The notes below the pieces were generated by a model. That model made no database searches, was not told where the DNA came from, and saw nothing but the letters and a program-made list of their open reading frames with translations. The position numbers and the translations under genes were made by a program. From positions 186,001-250,000 of the forward strand of contig NZ_SMNA01000002.1 of NCBI RefSeq assembly GCF_004353825.1: a stretch of 64,000 nt of DNA, in the 5' to 3' direction. Origin of the DNA: Occultella glacieicola (GTDB lineage Bacteria > Actinomycetota > Actinomycetes > Actinomycetales > Beutenbergiaceae). Shown here one piece after another: positions 37,589-46,385 of the stretch (positions within the stretch are counted from its first letter, which is position 1; every line of letters begins with the position of its first letter).

Positions 37589-40078
37589 ATGCGTACCCAT
37601 GACCTGCACGACGGCTGGCGTCTTCGCGCCGACGGTGCGTCCGTCCCCGACCGGTTGCGCGGCCTCGAGGTCCCGGTGGCGATCCCCGGGACCTCGCACA
37701 CCGCCCTGCTGGACGCCGGCCTCATTCCCGACCCCTACGTCGGGACCAACGAGCAGGACCTGGTGTGGATGCACCGGGCCGACTGGCGGTTCACGCTCGA
37801 TCTGGACGAGCCACCGGCCGGCCCGTCGGAGCGGGTCGACCTGGTCTTCGAGGGGATCGACACTGTCGCGACGGTGCGCCTCGGCGCGCAGGTGCTCGGT
37901 CACACCCGGAACATGCACCGCAGCCACCGGTTCGACGTCGGCGCACTGATCGGTCACGAGCGTGACCTCGTCGTGGATGTCTCCTCGGCTCTGACCTACG
38001 CCGAGGCGGAGCGGGCGCGGCTCGGGGCCCGCCCATCCGCCTACGCGCACCCGCTGAACATGGTCCGGAAGATGGCGTGCAGCTTCGGCTGGGACTGGGG
38101 TCCGGACCTGCAGACCGCGGGCCTGTGGCGGGGGGTCCGGATGGAACGCTGGCGCGGCGCGCGCCTGGCGGGCGTCCGCCCGCTCGTCGGTGTCCGGCCC
38201 GACGGCGTCCCGTACGTCCGCGTCCACGTGGACGTGGAGCGCAGCGGCCTCGAGGCGCCGGTCGCGCTCACGGTCCGGGCGCGCGTGGCCGGCGTCGAGC
38301 GAGAGGTGACGATCTCGCCCGAGGCGAGTTCCGCCGTCGTCGAGGTCGCCGCACCGGACGCCGCGCTGTGGTGGCCCGTGGGTCACGGCGAGCAGCCGCT
38401 CCACCCGCTCGAGGTCGACCTGACCGACGGCGGGTCCGCCCTGGACTCGTGGCGCCGTCGGATCGGCTTCCGCACCGTGGAGATCGACGCGACCCCGGAC
38501 GCCGATGGCACCCCGTGGACGCTGCGCGTCAACGGCCGCCCGGTGTTCGTCAAGGGGGCGAACTGGATCCCGGACGACCACCTGCTGACCCGGATCACCC
38601 GGGACCGGCTCACCCGGCGCCTCGACCAGGCCCTGGGTGCCAACCTGAACCTGCTGCGGGTGTGGGGTGGCGGCATCTACGAGTCTCACGACTTCTACGA
38701 ACTGTGTGACGAACGTGGCCTGCTCGTCTGGCAGGACTTCGCGTTGGCGTGTTCGGCCTACCCCGAGGAGGAGCCGCTCGCCGCCGAGTTCGAGGCGGAG
38801 GCCCGCGAGAACGTGGCGCGCCTGACCCCGCATCCGAGCCTGGTCGTGTGGAACGGGGGGAACGAGAACATCTGGGGCTACCTGGACTGGGGCTGGCGGG
38901 AGGCCCTCGGCGACGCGACCTGGGGTTACGGCTACGCCACCGAGCTGTTCCCCCGGGTCCTCGCGGAGGTCGACCCGACCCGGCCGTACTCGTGGAACAG
39001 CCCGTCCTCGCCGGGGGCCGCGCTCACGGACCGGCATCCCAACGACCCCGATCACGGAACCCACCACCAGTGGCAGGTGTGGAACCGGATCGACTACCGC
39101 GCGTACGCCTCGGAGATCCCGAGGTTCTGCTCGGAGTTCGGGTTCCAGGGACCGCCGACCTGGGCGACCCTGGAGCGTGCCGTCACGCCGGCCGACGGGA
39201 TCCGCTCGAAGACCGACCCGGTGTTCCTGGCCCACCAGAAGGCGGACGGGGGCAACGAGAAGCTGGACCGTGGGCTCCTGCCCCACCTCGGCATCCCGGC
39301 GGAGTTCGCCGACTGGCACTGGGCCACGCAGCTCAACCAGGCCCGCGCCGTCTCGTTCGCGATCGAGCACTACCGGTCCTGGTGGCCGCGCACCGCCGGC
39401 GCGATCGTCTGGCAGCTCAACGACTGCTGGCCGGTGACCTCGTGGGCGACCGTCGACGGCGACGAGCGCCGCAAGCCGCTCTGGTACGCGCTGCGGCACG
39501 CGTTCGCCGACCGGATGATCACCGTCGTCGACCGGGACGGTCACCGGGCCCTGGCGCTGGTCAACGACACCGACGCACCCTGGTCCGGTGCCCTGCGGGT
39601 GACCCGGGAGACGTTCGCCGGCCAGGTGCGCGCGGAGTCCGGCGAGGACGTGGCCGTGGCGGCCCGCTCGGTACAGCTGGTCACGCTGCCGCCCGAGGTT
39701 CGCACCGCCGGTGACGAGCGGGCCGAGGCGATCGTGGCCCGGCTCGGCTCCGAGCGGGCCGTGGCGTTGTTCGTCGAGGACGTCGAGGCGGCCCTGCACG
39801 GTGATCCGGTCGACGTCAGCGTGGCGCCGAGCACCGAAGGGTACGAGGTCACGGTGCGGGCCCGTTCGCTGGCCCGGGACGTGACGCTCCTCGTCGACCG
39901 GCTGGACCCCGAGGCGGTGGTGGACGACGCCCTGGTGACCCTGCCCGCCGGGGACTCGGTGACCTTCCGGGTGCGCACCCGCGTCGTCCTGGAGGGTGCC
40001 GCGCTGGCCGCGGCCCCCGTGCTCCGGACCGCGAACGATCTTCTCGAGCACGACCCGGTCATGGCGGGGTCGGCCTAG
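37589..40078 (+). CDS. GH2 beta-mannosidase
   Basis: FEGIDTVA, RKMACSFGWDWGP, KGANWIP, RVWGGG.YE, WQDF, WNGGNEN (acid/base), SEFGFQG (nucleophile), WQLNDCWP. Confidence 0.92.
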   Translation: MRTHDLHDGWRLRADGASVPDRLRGLEVPVAIPGTSHTALLDAGLIPDPYVGTNEQDLVWMHRADWRFTLDLDEPPAGPSERVDLVFEGIDTVATVRLGAQVLGHTRNMHRSHRFDVGALIGHERDLVVDVSSALTYAEAERARLGARPSAYAHPLNMVRKMACSFGWDWGPDLQTAGLWRGVRMERWRGARLAGVRPLVGVRPDGVPYVRVHVDVERSGLEAPVALTVRARVAGVEREVTISPEASSAVVEVAAPDAALWWPVGHGEQPLHPLEVDLTDGGSALDSWRRRIGFRTVEIDATPDADGTPWTLRVNGRPVFVKGANWIPDDHLLTRITRDRLTRRLDQALGANLNLLRVWGGGIYESHDFYELCDERGLLVWQDFALACSAYPEEEPLAAEFEAEARENVARLTPHPSLVVWNGGNENIWGYLDWGWREALGDATWGYGYATELFPRVLAEVDPTRPYSWNSPSSPGAALTDRHPNDPDHGTHHQWQVWNRIDYRAYASEIPRFCSEFGFQGPPTWATLERAVTPADGIRSKTDPVFLAHQKADGGNEKLDRGLLPHLGIPAEFADWHWATQLNQARAVSFAIEHYRSWWPRTAGAIVWQLNDCWPVTSWATVDGDERRKPLWYALRHAFADRMITVVDRDGHRALALVNDTDAPWSGALRVTRETFAGQVRAESGEDVAVAARSVQLVTLPPEVRTAGDERAEAIVARLGSERAVALFVEDVEAALHGDPVDVSVAPSTEGYEVTVRARSLARDVTLLVDRLDPEAVVDDALVTLPAGDSVTFRVRTRVVLEGAALAAAPVLRTANDLLEHDPVMAGSA

Positions 40079-40093
40079 TGTGGGCCTAGTGTG
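40072..40093 (+). repeat. Perfect 11-bp tandem duplication GGCCTAGTGTG x2
   Basis: 40072-40082 and 40083-40093 are identical. Confidence 0.85.
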
Positions 40094-40099
40094 ACCCTT

Positions 40100-40972
40100 G
40101 TGACTCAAGGCGTCGGAGCGGTCGGCTTCATGCTCGCGCGGCCGGCACGGCTGCTCGGCATCGAGCCGTTCCACATGGAGTTGATCGCCGGCATCGAGGA
40201 GCGCCTCGGCGGCGAGGGCCATTCGCTGCTGCTTCACGTGGTCCCGGACATCGAGGCCGAGATCGCGGTCTACCGCCGGTGGGCGGAGGGCGCCCTGGTG
40301 GATGCGGTGATCGTCACCAACCTGCTCCGGGACGATCGGCGGCTCGAGGTGCTCACCGAGATCGGCCTGCCCACGGTGGTCGTCGGTGGACCACGCCGCG
40401 ACCTGCCGTTCACGAACGTCTGGATCGACAACGCCCAGGCGATGCGGGACGCCGTGGCCCACCTGGCCGGTCTCGGGCACACCGCGCTCGCCCGGGTGAG
40501 CGGCCCGAGCGGGCTCGCGCACACCCGGGCCCGCACCGAGGCGTTCGAGCAGGAGTGCACCGCGCGTGGGCTCACCGGGGTCGTCGTGGAGGCCGACTAC
40601 TCCGAGGAGAGCGGTGCCCGCGCCACCCGCTCCCTCCTCGGACGCGCGGGTGCGCCGTCGGCCATCGTCTACGACAACGACGTCATGGCCGTCGCCGGGC
40701 TCGGGGTCGCGGCCGAGCTGGACGTCGCCGTGCCGGGCTCCCTGTCGATCCTCGCCTGGGACGACTCGACCCTGTGCCGGCTGGCGTCCCCGCCGCTGAG
40801 CGTGATGAGCCTCGACGTCCACGGCATGGGCGCCCTCGCCGCGGACTGCGTGCTCAACGTGCTGGCCGGCGGACCGGTGCTCTCGCACGTGGCGCCGCAA
40901 CCGCACCTCGTGCCGCGGGGTTCGACGGCGGCGCCGCAGGGTTCCCCCGGGCTCCCGGGGCGCGCCGGTTAG
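40100..40972 (+). CDS. LacI-family ligand-binding domain protein lacking the N-terminal HTH
   Basis: Starts at GAVGFMLARP...EPFHMELIAGIE; IDNAQAMRDAVAHL.GLGH, AIVYDNDVMA, VPGSLSILAWDDS, RGST; no HTH between the GH2 stop (40078) and the start. Confidence 0.8.
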   Translation: MTQGVGAVGFMLARPARLLGIEPFHMELIAGIEERLGGEGHSLLLHVVPDIEAEIAVYRRWAEGALVDAVIVTNLLRDDRRLEVLTEIGLPTVVVGGPRRDLPFTNVWIDNAQAMRDAVAHLAGLGHTALARVSGPSGLAHTRARTEAFEQECTARGLTGVVVEADYSEESGARATRSLLGRAGAPSAIVYDNDVMAVAGLGVAAELDVAVPGSLSILAWDDSTLCRLASPPLSVMSLDVHGMGALAADCVLNVLAGGPVLSHVAPQPHLVPRGSTAAPQGSPGLPGRAG

Positions 40973-41004
40973 CACTCACGGCTGCCAACGGGTAGAACAC
41001 AAGG

Positions 41005-41544
41005 GTGAGTGATATCTCGACGGAAGACTTCGGCGGTTGGTTCTCCCCCGAGGACCTCGCCACCGTGCGCCGGCGGATGCCGATCCTGTACGTCGACGCG
41101 ATCCCGGTCCGCGTCGACGCCGATGGCGTCATCCAGCAGGTCGCGCTGCTGCTGCGGACGCCACGCGAGGGCGGCATCTCCCGCGCACTGGTGTCCGGCC
41201 GGGTGATGTACCACGAACTGGTCCGCGACGCACTGGCCCGACACCTCGACAAGGACCTCGGGCCGATGGCCCTGCCGCGGCTGCCGGTGTCCCTGGTGCC
41301 GTTCACGGTCGCGGAGTACTTCCCGACCCCGGGCATCACCAGCTACCACGACCCGCGCCAGCACGCCGTCTCGCTCGCCTACATCGTCCCGATCGACGGC
41401 GACTGCCAGCCCCAGCAGGACGCCCTCGACATCGGGTGGTTCTCGCCGGAGGAGGTCGTCTCGCCGATGGTGCAGGCCGAGATGGTCTCCGGGCACGGCG
41501 CGCTGGTGCGCACCGCGCTGGCGACGACCGGTCGCCTGATCTGA
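41005..41544 (+). CDS. NUDIX-like DUF4916 family protein
   Basis: RRRMPILYVDAIPVRVD, VSGRVMYHE, YFPTPG...HDPRQHAVSLAY. Confidence 0.85.
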   Translation: MSDISTEDFGGWFSPEDLATVRRRMPILYVDAIPVRVDADGVIQQVALLLRTPREGGISRALVSGRVMYHELVRDALARHLDKDLGPMALPRLPVSLVPFTVAEYFPTPGITSYHDPRQHAVSLAYIVPIDGDCQPQQDALDIGWFSPEEVVSPMVQAEMVSGHGALVRTALATTGRLI

Positions 41545-41545
41545 C

Positions 41546-41971
41546 GTGCCGGGAACCCGGACGACGGCGTCGTCTCGCACGATCGTGGTGGCGGCGGTCG
41601 TCGATGTGGTCGCCGTGGGCGCGTTCGCGCTCGCGGGGCGCGGCACCCATCACGAGGACGGCGTGCTCGCCGGCCTGGCCGGCACGGCGTGGCCGTTCGG
41701 CGTCGCCCTGGCGATCGGGTGGCTGCTCGCACGGGCCTGGCGTGCACCGCTGCGGTTGTGGCCGACCGGCGCCGCAGTTTGGGCGATGACCGTGGCCGGT
41801 GGGCTCGGGCTGCGTGGGCTCACCGGAGGCGGGCTGTCCGGCGCGTTCCCGATCGTGACCGCGGTCGTCCTGGGCGTGTTCCTGCTCGGCTGGCGCGCCG
41901 TCGCGACGCTGCTGACCCGGCGGTCCGGACCGACCGGTCCGACCGGACCCACCGAGGAGGTGGCCGCATGA
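41546..41971 (+). CDS. DUF3054 family membrane protein
   Basis: D...V..FA..GR.TH, TAWPF, GLGLR, FLLGWR. Confidence 0.85.
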   Translation: MPGTRTTASSRTIVVAAVVDVVAVGAFALAGRGTHHEDGVLAGLAGTAWPFGVALAIGWLLARAWRAPLRLWPTGAAVWAMTVAGGLGLRGLTGGGLSGAFPIVTAVVLGVFLLGWRAVATLLTRRSGPTGPTGPTEEVAA

Positions 41972-44853
41972 TCTCCTTCGCGCCCGGCACCCGCTGGATC
42001 TGGGACGACGGCGAACCGGCGCCCCGGAACGCGTGGCGCTGCTTCCGGCGCCGGTTCGCCGCGGACAAGGGCGGCACCGCGCTGCTGCGGATCACGGCGG
42101 ACACCCGCTACGTCGTGTTCGTCAACGGCACGCGCATCGGGCACGGGCCCGTGCGGGCGTTCGCACAGGAGTGGCCGGTCGACACCTGGGACATCTGGTG
42201 GCACCTGCGCGAGTACAGGTGGAACACGGTCGCGGTGCTGGTCGCCCACAACGGGGTCGCCACGTTCCAGTCGCTGCCCGGACGCGGCGGACTGCTCGCC
42301 GAACTCGACCTCGGCCGCCAGGTGATCGGCACGGACTCCGGGTGGGAGGTGGCCACCCATGGCGGTCACGATCCGCGCGCGCCCCGGCTCGGCCCGCAGC
42401 TGGCTTTCACCGAGGACGTCGACGGCGCCTGGCAGCCGGACTGGGCCGACGGCGGCGACGCCTACGAGGGCACCTACCCGACGGGGATCGCGGCCGGGTG
42501 GGCGCCCGCCACGGAGATCGCGGCACCCGGTGACGGGCCGTGGACCACGCTCGTGCCCCGGCCCATCCCGCCACTGCAGGAGGAGATCGTCGCCCCCGCA
42601 GCGGTGCACGGCGTCGAAGGCGCCCGCCCGTGGGCGGGGAGCTGGACGGTGGACGTGCGGGCCGTCTTCGACCCCACCTCCCCCGGCCACGCGAACCCCA
42701 GCGCCTACGGCGGCTACCTGCTCACGGCGCTCACGGTCCCCGAGCCGGGTGCCACGCGCCCGGTCGCCCTCGGGCTGCCCCTGAGCACCGCGCACGCCCG
42801 GGTCCGCGGCGTGGCCGTCGACGGCCGCCACCTCGAGATCCGGGACCTCACGCGCGGGCCCGTGGACCTGCGCACCCTCGAGCTCGACCTGCCCCCCGGC
42901 CGACACTGGCTCGCGCTCGACGTGAGCACCTACGACCACGGGTATCCGCTGCCGCTGCTCCTGGACGGCGCGGACCTGACCCACCCGTGGCAACCGGACG
43001 CGCCGTCGCCGTTCGTCGCGCTCGGCCCGGTCCCGGACCCCGGTCCGGCCTTCTTCCGACCGCTGGCCCACCCGACCAGGCCTCCGGTGACGCCGACGCC
43101 GCAGGTGGGCGCCGCCGTCGCCGCTCTCACCGCGACCCGCGACCCGCGCGCCGTGCCCCTGCCGGCGAGCACCGTGCCGGCGGCGCTCGTGGCGACCACG
43201 AGCGGGTACGGGCAGGTGGTGCACCCGCGGGCGCAGCGCCCGCTCGCGATCGACGTGACCGGGCTGACCCGGGGCGAACCGGTGACCCTACCGGACGGCG
43301 ACGACGTCTCGATCGTGCTCGACCTCGGCATCGAGGCGTCCGGGTTCGTGATCGTGGACCTGGACGCGCCGGCCGGCACGGTGGTGGACGTCTACGGCTT
43401 CGAGTACGTCGACGGCCCGCGCCGCCAGGAGACCACGGGCATGGACAACACGCTGCGCTACCGCACCCGGGCCGGGCGGCAGCGCTATGAGTCCCCGGTC
43501 CGGCGCGGGCTGCGCTACCTGCAGGTGGTGGTGCGCCGCGACGGCGCGACGCCGGGTCCGGTGACCCTGCACGAGGTCGCGGTCCGCAACTCCCACTACC
43601 CCGTGGACCGCGCCGGTGAGTTCGTCGCCAGCGACGTCCGGCTCACCGAGATCTGGGAGATGTCCCGGCGCACCGTGATCGCCTGCATGGAGGACACGTT
43701 CGTCGACTGCCCCGTCTACGAGCAGGCGTTCTGGGTCGGCGACACCTACTCCAGCGCCCGGTTCGCCTCCTCCCTGTTCGACGCGTCGGCGCTGATCGAA
43801 CGGTCGCTGCGGCTGGTCCCGGGCTCGAAGGCGCAGACGCCGCTGCTGGGTTCGCAGGTGCCGTCCGGGTGGACGAACGTGATCCCGGCGTGGACGTTCT
43901 TCTGGGTGCTCGCCTGCGCCGAGCACGCCGCACGCACCGGTGACGAGGCGTTCGCGCGGGACCTGCTGCCGGAGGCCGTCGCCACCCTGGACGCGTTCGC
44001 CGAGCACCTCGACCCGGACGGCCTGCTCTCGATCGAGGCCTGGAACCTGCTGGACTGGGCTCCCATGGACCAGCCGGACGCCGGCGTCGTGACGCACCAG
44101 AACGCCCTGTTCGTGATGGCCCTGGACGCGGCCGCGGAACTGGCGGACCGGACCGGCGCCCCCGACGTCGCGGGTGGGCTACGGGCGCGGGCCGCGGCAC
44201 TGCGCACCGCGATCGCCACGCACCTGTGGTCGCCCGAGCGGGAGGCGTTCATCGACGCCATCCACGCCGACGGCACCCGCTCGGAGGTGATCAGCGTGCA
44301 GACCCAGATGTTCGCGCACCTGGCCGGGGTCGGCACCGAACCACAGCGCGAGCGCACCCGCGCGCTCGTGGTCGATCCGCCGTCGGACCTCGTGCAGATC
44401 GGCAGCCCTTGGATGTCGATCTTCCGCTACGACGTGCTCGAGGCCGCCGGCCGCGCCGACGTGGCGCTGGCGGACCTGCGCCGCGACTACGGCGCCATGA
44501 TCGAGGCCGGCGCGGTCACCTGCTGGGAGATGTTCCCCGCGCCCGACCGGGAGTGGCCCACCCGCAGCCACTGCCACGCGTGGTCGGCCGCGCCGGCATC
44601 GTTCCTGCCGGCGGTGGTCCTCGGCATCACGGTGCACGACGGCGGAGGGAGGGTCGAGATCGCGCCGCACCCGGGCGAACTCGAGTGGGCCCGGGGTGCG
44701 GTGCCGCTGCCGGGTGGCACCCGGGTGCAGGTCGCGTGGACCCGCGACGGTGACGCGCTGGACCTGCGGGTGGGCGTGCCGGCCGAGGTCGAGGTGACGG
44801 TGACCGAGCCGGCCGGGCTGCGCACCCGGGTGCGGGTCGAGGGACCGTGGTGA
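41968..44853 (+). CDS. GH78 alpha-L-rhamnosidase-like hydrolase
   Basis: ITADTRY..FVNG..IGHGP, EDTFVDCP..EQAFWVGD, LLDW, GAVTCWE, SHCHAWS. Confidence 0.85.
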   Translation: MISFAPGTRWIWDDGEPAPRNAWRCFRRRFAADKGGTALLRITADTRYVVFVNGTRIGHGPVRAFAQEWPVDTWDIWWHLREYRWNTVAVLVAHNGVATFQSLPGRGGLLAELDLGRQVIGTDSGWEVATHGGHDPRAPRLGPQLAFTEDVDGAWQPDWADGGDAYEGTYPTGIAAGWAPATEIAAPGDGPWTTLVPRPIPPLQEEIVAPAAVHGVEGARPWAGSWTVDVRAVFDPTSPGHANPSAYGGYLLTALTVPEPGATRPVALGLPLSTAHARVRGVAVDGRHLEIRDLTRGPVDLRTLELDLPPGRHWLALDVSTYDHGYPLPLLLDGADLTHPWQPDAPSPFVALGPVPDPGPAFFRPLAHPTRPPVTPTPQVGAAVAALTATRDPRAVPLPASTVPAALVATTSGYGQVVHPRAQRPLAIDVTGLTRGEPVTLPDGDDVSIVLDLGIEASGFVIVDLDAPAGTVVDVYGFEYVDGPRRQETTGMDNTLRYRTRAGRQRYESPVRRGLRYLQVVVRRDGATPGPVTLHEVAVRNSHYPVDRAGEFVASDVRLTEIWEMSRRTVIACMEDTFVDCPVYEQAFWVGDTYSSARFASSLFDASALIERSLRLVPGSKAQTPLLGSQVPSGWTNVIPAWTFFWVLACAEHAARTGDEAFARDLLPEAVATLDAFAEHLDPDGLLSIEAWNLLDWAPMDQPDAGVVTHQNALFVMALDAAAELADRTGAPDVAGGLRARAAALRTAIATHLWSPEREAFIDAIHADGTRSEVISVQTQMFAHLAGVGTEPQRERTRALVVDPPSDLVQIGSPWMSIFRYDVLEAAGRADVALADLRRDYGAMIEAGAVTCWEMFPAPDREWPTRSHCHAWSAAPASFLPAVVLGITVHDGGGRVEIAPHPGELEWARGAVPLPGGTRVQVAWTRDGDALDLRVGVPAEVEVTVTEPAGLRTRVRVEGPW

Positions 44854-45329
44854 GCGAGGTACGGATCCGGGCCGCGCGGGCGGGCGAGGCCGGGCTGCTC
44901 TCCGACCTGGCGTTGCGGTCCAAGGCGCACTGGGGCTACGACGAGGCCTTCCTGGAGGCGTGCCGGCCCGAACTCACGTACACGCAGGCCCAGATCCGCA
45001 CCGGTGGCCTCCTGGTCGCGGTCGGACCGGACGACCGCCCGGTGGGCTTCTACCGCATCCACGGCGAACCACCCGACGGCGAGCTCGCGGCGCTCTTCGT
45101 CGACCCCGCGCGGATCGGCACCGGGGTCGGCGGAGCCCTGCTCCGACATGCCCTGGCCGCGGCCGACGAGGCCGGCTACGACTCCCTCGGGCTCGACGCC
45201 GACCCGGGCGCGGAAGGCTTCTACGCGCACGCCGGCGCGACGACCGTCGGCAGCACCCCGAGCGCCTCCATCCCCGGTCGCCGGCTCCCCCGGATGACGT
45301 TCGAGCTGGGGTCACACCGGTCGGCCTGA
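44850..45329 (+). CDS. GNAT N-acetyltransferase
   Basis: RSKAHWGY, LFVDPARIGTGVG, DADPGAEGFY. Confidence 0.88.
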   Translation: MSEVRIRAARAGEAGLLSDLALRSKAHWGYDEAFLEACRPELTYTQAQIRTGGLLVAVGPDDRPVGFYRIHGEPPDGELAALFVDPARIGTGVGGALLRHALAAADEAGYDSLGLDADPGAEGFYAHAGATTVGSTPSASIPGRRLPRMTFELGSHRSA

Positions 45330-45413
45330 CGTCGGCCCGCCCGGACCTGGAACCTGCCCGGACTCGGCTGTTCTGCTGTTGCGGGCGGCACACATCCGCG
45401 TTTCCGTTGCTCC

Positions 45414-46385
45414 ATGACACGCATCGGGTTTCACGCGAGCCACGAGCAGGCCTCGCCGCGCCAGCTGCTGCGCGACGTCCAGCATGCCGAGAAGGTCGGG
45501 TTCGACATGGCCATGTGCTCGGACCACATCGCCCCCTGGAGCCGCCGGCAGGGTCACGCGGGCAACGCATGGGCCTGGTTGGGGGCCGCGTTGGCGCTGA
45601 CCCGGTTCCCGGTGGGCAGCCTGGCCATCCCCGGCGCGCGCTACCACCCGGCCGTGCTGGCCCACCAGTTGTCGACCCTGGCCCAGATGTTCCCCGGCCG
45701 GGTCTGGGTCGCCCTGGGCAGCGGCGAGGCGATGAACGAGCACATCACCGCGGTCCCCTGGCCGCGCAAGGAGACCCGGGTGCAGCGGCTGGAGGCGAGC
45801 GTGGCGATCATCCGTGACCTGTTGGCCGGCGAGGAGGTCAGCCGGGACGGGCCGGTCGCGGTGGATCGAGCCCGCCTGTGGGACCTGCCCGAGGACCCGC
45901 CCCTGTTGCTGGCACCGGCGATCTCGGCCGACTCCGCATCCCGCGTCGCCGCCTGGGCCGACGGCCTGGTGACGGTGGTTCAGCCGGTCGAGACGCTGCG
46001 GGAGGTGGTCGCGGCCTACCGCGGCGCCGGAGGACGCGGCCGGCTGGCGCTGCAGCTGCACCTGTCCTGGGCGTCGACCGAGGAGGAGGCCCTGGCGCTG
46101 GCCCACGACCAGTGGCGGAGCAACGTGTTCGCGCCGCCGGCGCCGGCCGACACGATGACGACCGAGGCCTTCGACGCGTTCTCCGCCCGGGTCCCTCTCG
46201 AGGCGGTGACGCAGACGGTGCGGGTGTCGGCAGACCTGGGCCGGCACCGTGCCTGGATCGGCGAGTATGCCGGACTCGGCTTCGACGACATCTATCTGCA
46301 CCACGTGGGGCAGGCCCAGGATGCGTTCCTGGACGTGTTCGGGGACCAGGTGCTGCCGGCGGCACGCGAGGGAGGACGGTCATGA
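45414..46385 (+). CDS. LLM-class flavin oxidoreductase (TIGR03885-like)
   Basis: IGFHASHEQ, MCSDH..PWS..QG, WAWLGAAL, RYHPA, GSGEAMNEH. Confidence 0.85.
   Translation: MTRIGFHASHEQASPRQLLRDVQHAEKVGFDMAMCSDHIAPWSRRQGHAGNAWAWLGAALALTRFPVGSLAIPGARYHPAVLAHQLSTLAQMFPGRVWVALGSGEAMNEHITAVPWPRKETRVQRLEASVAIIRDLLAGEEVSRDGPVAVDRARLWDLPEDPPLLLAPAISADSASRVAAWADGLVTVVQPVETLREVVAAYRGAGGRGRLALQLHLSWASTEEEALALAHDQWRSNVFAPPAPADTMTTEAFDAFSARVPLEAVTQTVRVSADLGRHRAWIGEYAGLGFDDIYLHHVGQAQDAFLDVFGDQVLPAAREGGRS

Noticed and set aside
37520..40975. 1151-aa minus-strand ORF
   Set aside because: Antisense to GH2 and the LacI-domain gene; no recognisable motifs
41926..41953. GPT tripeptide repeat at the end of DUF3054
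   Set aside because: Short low-complexity linker, not an array
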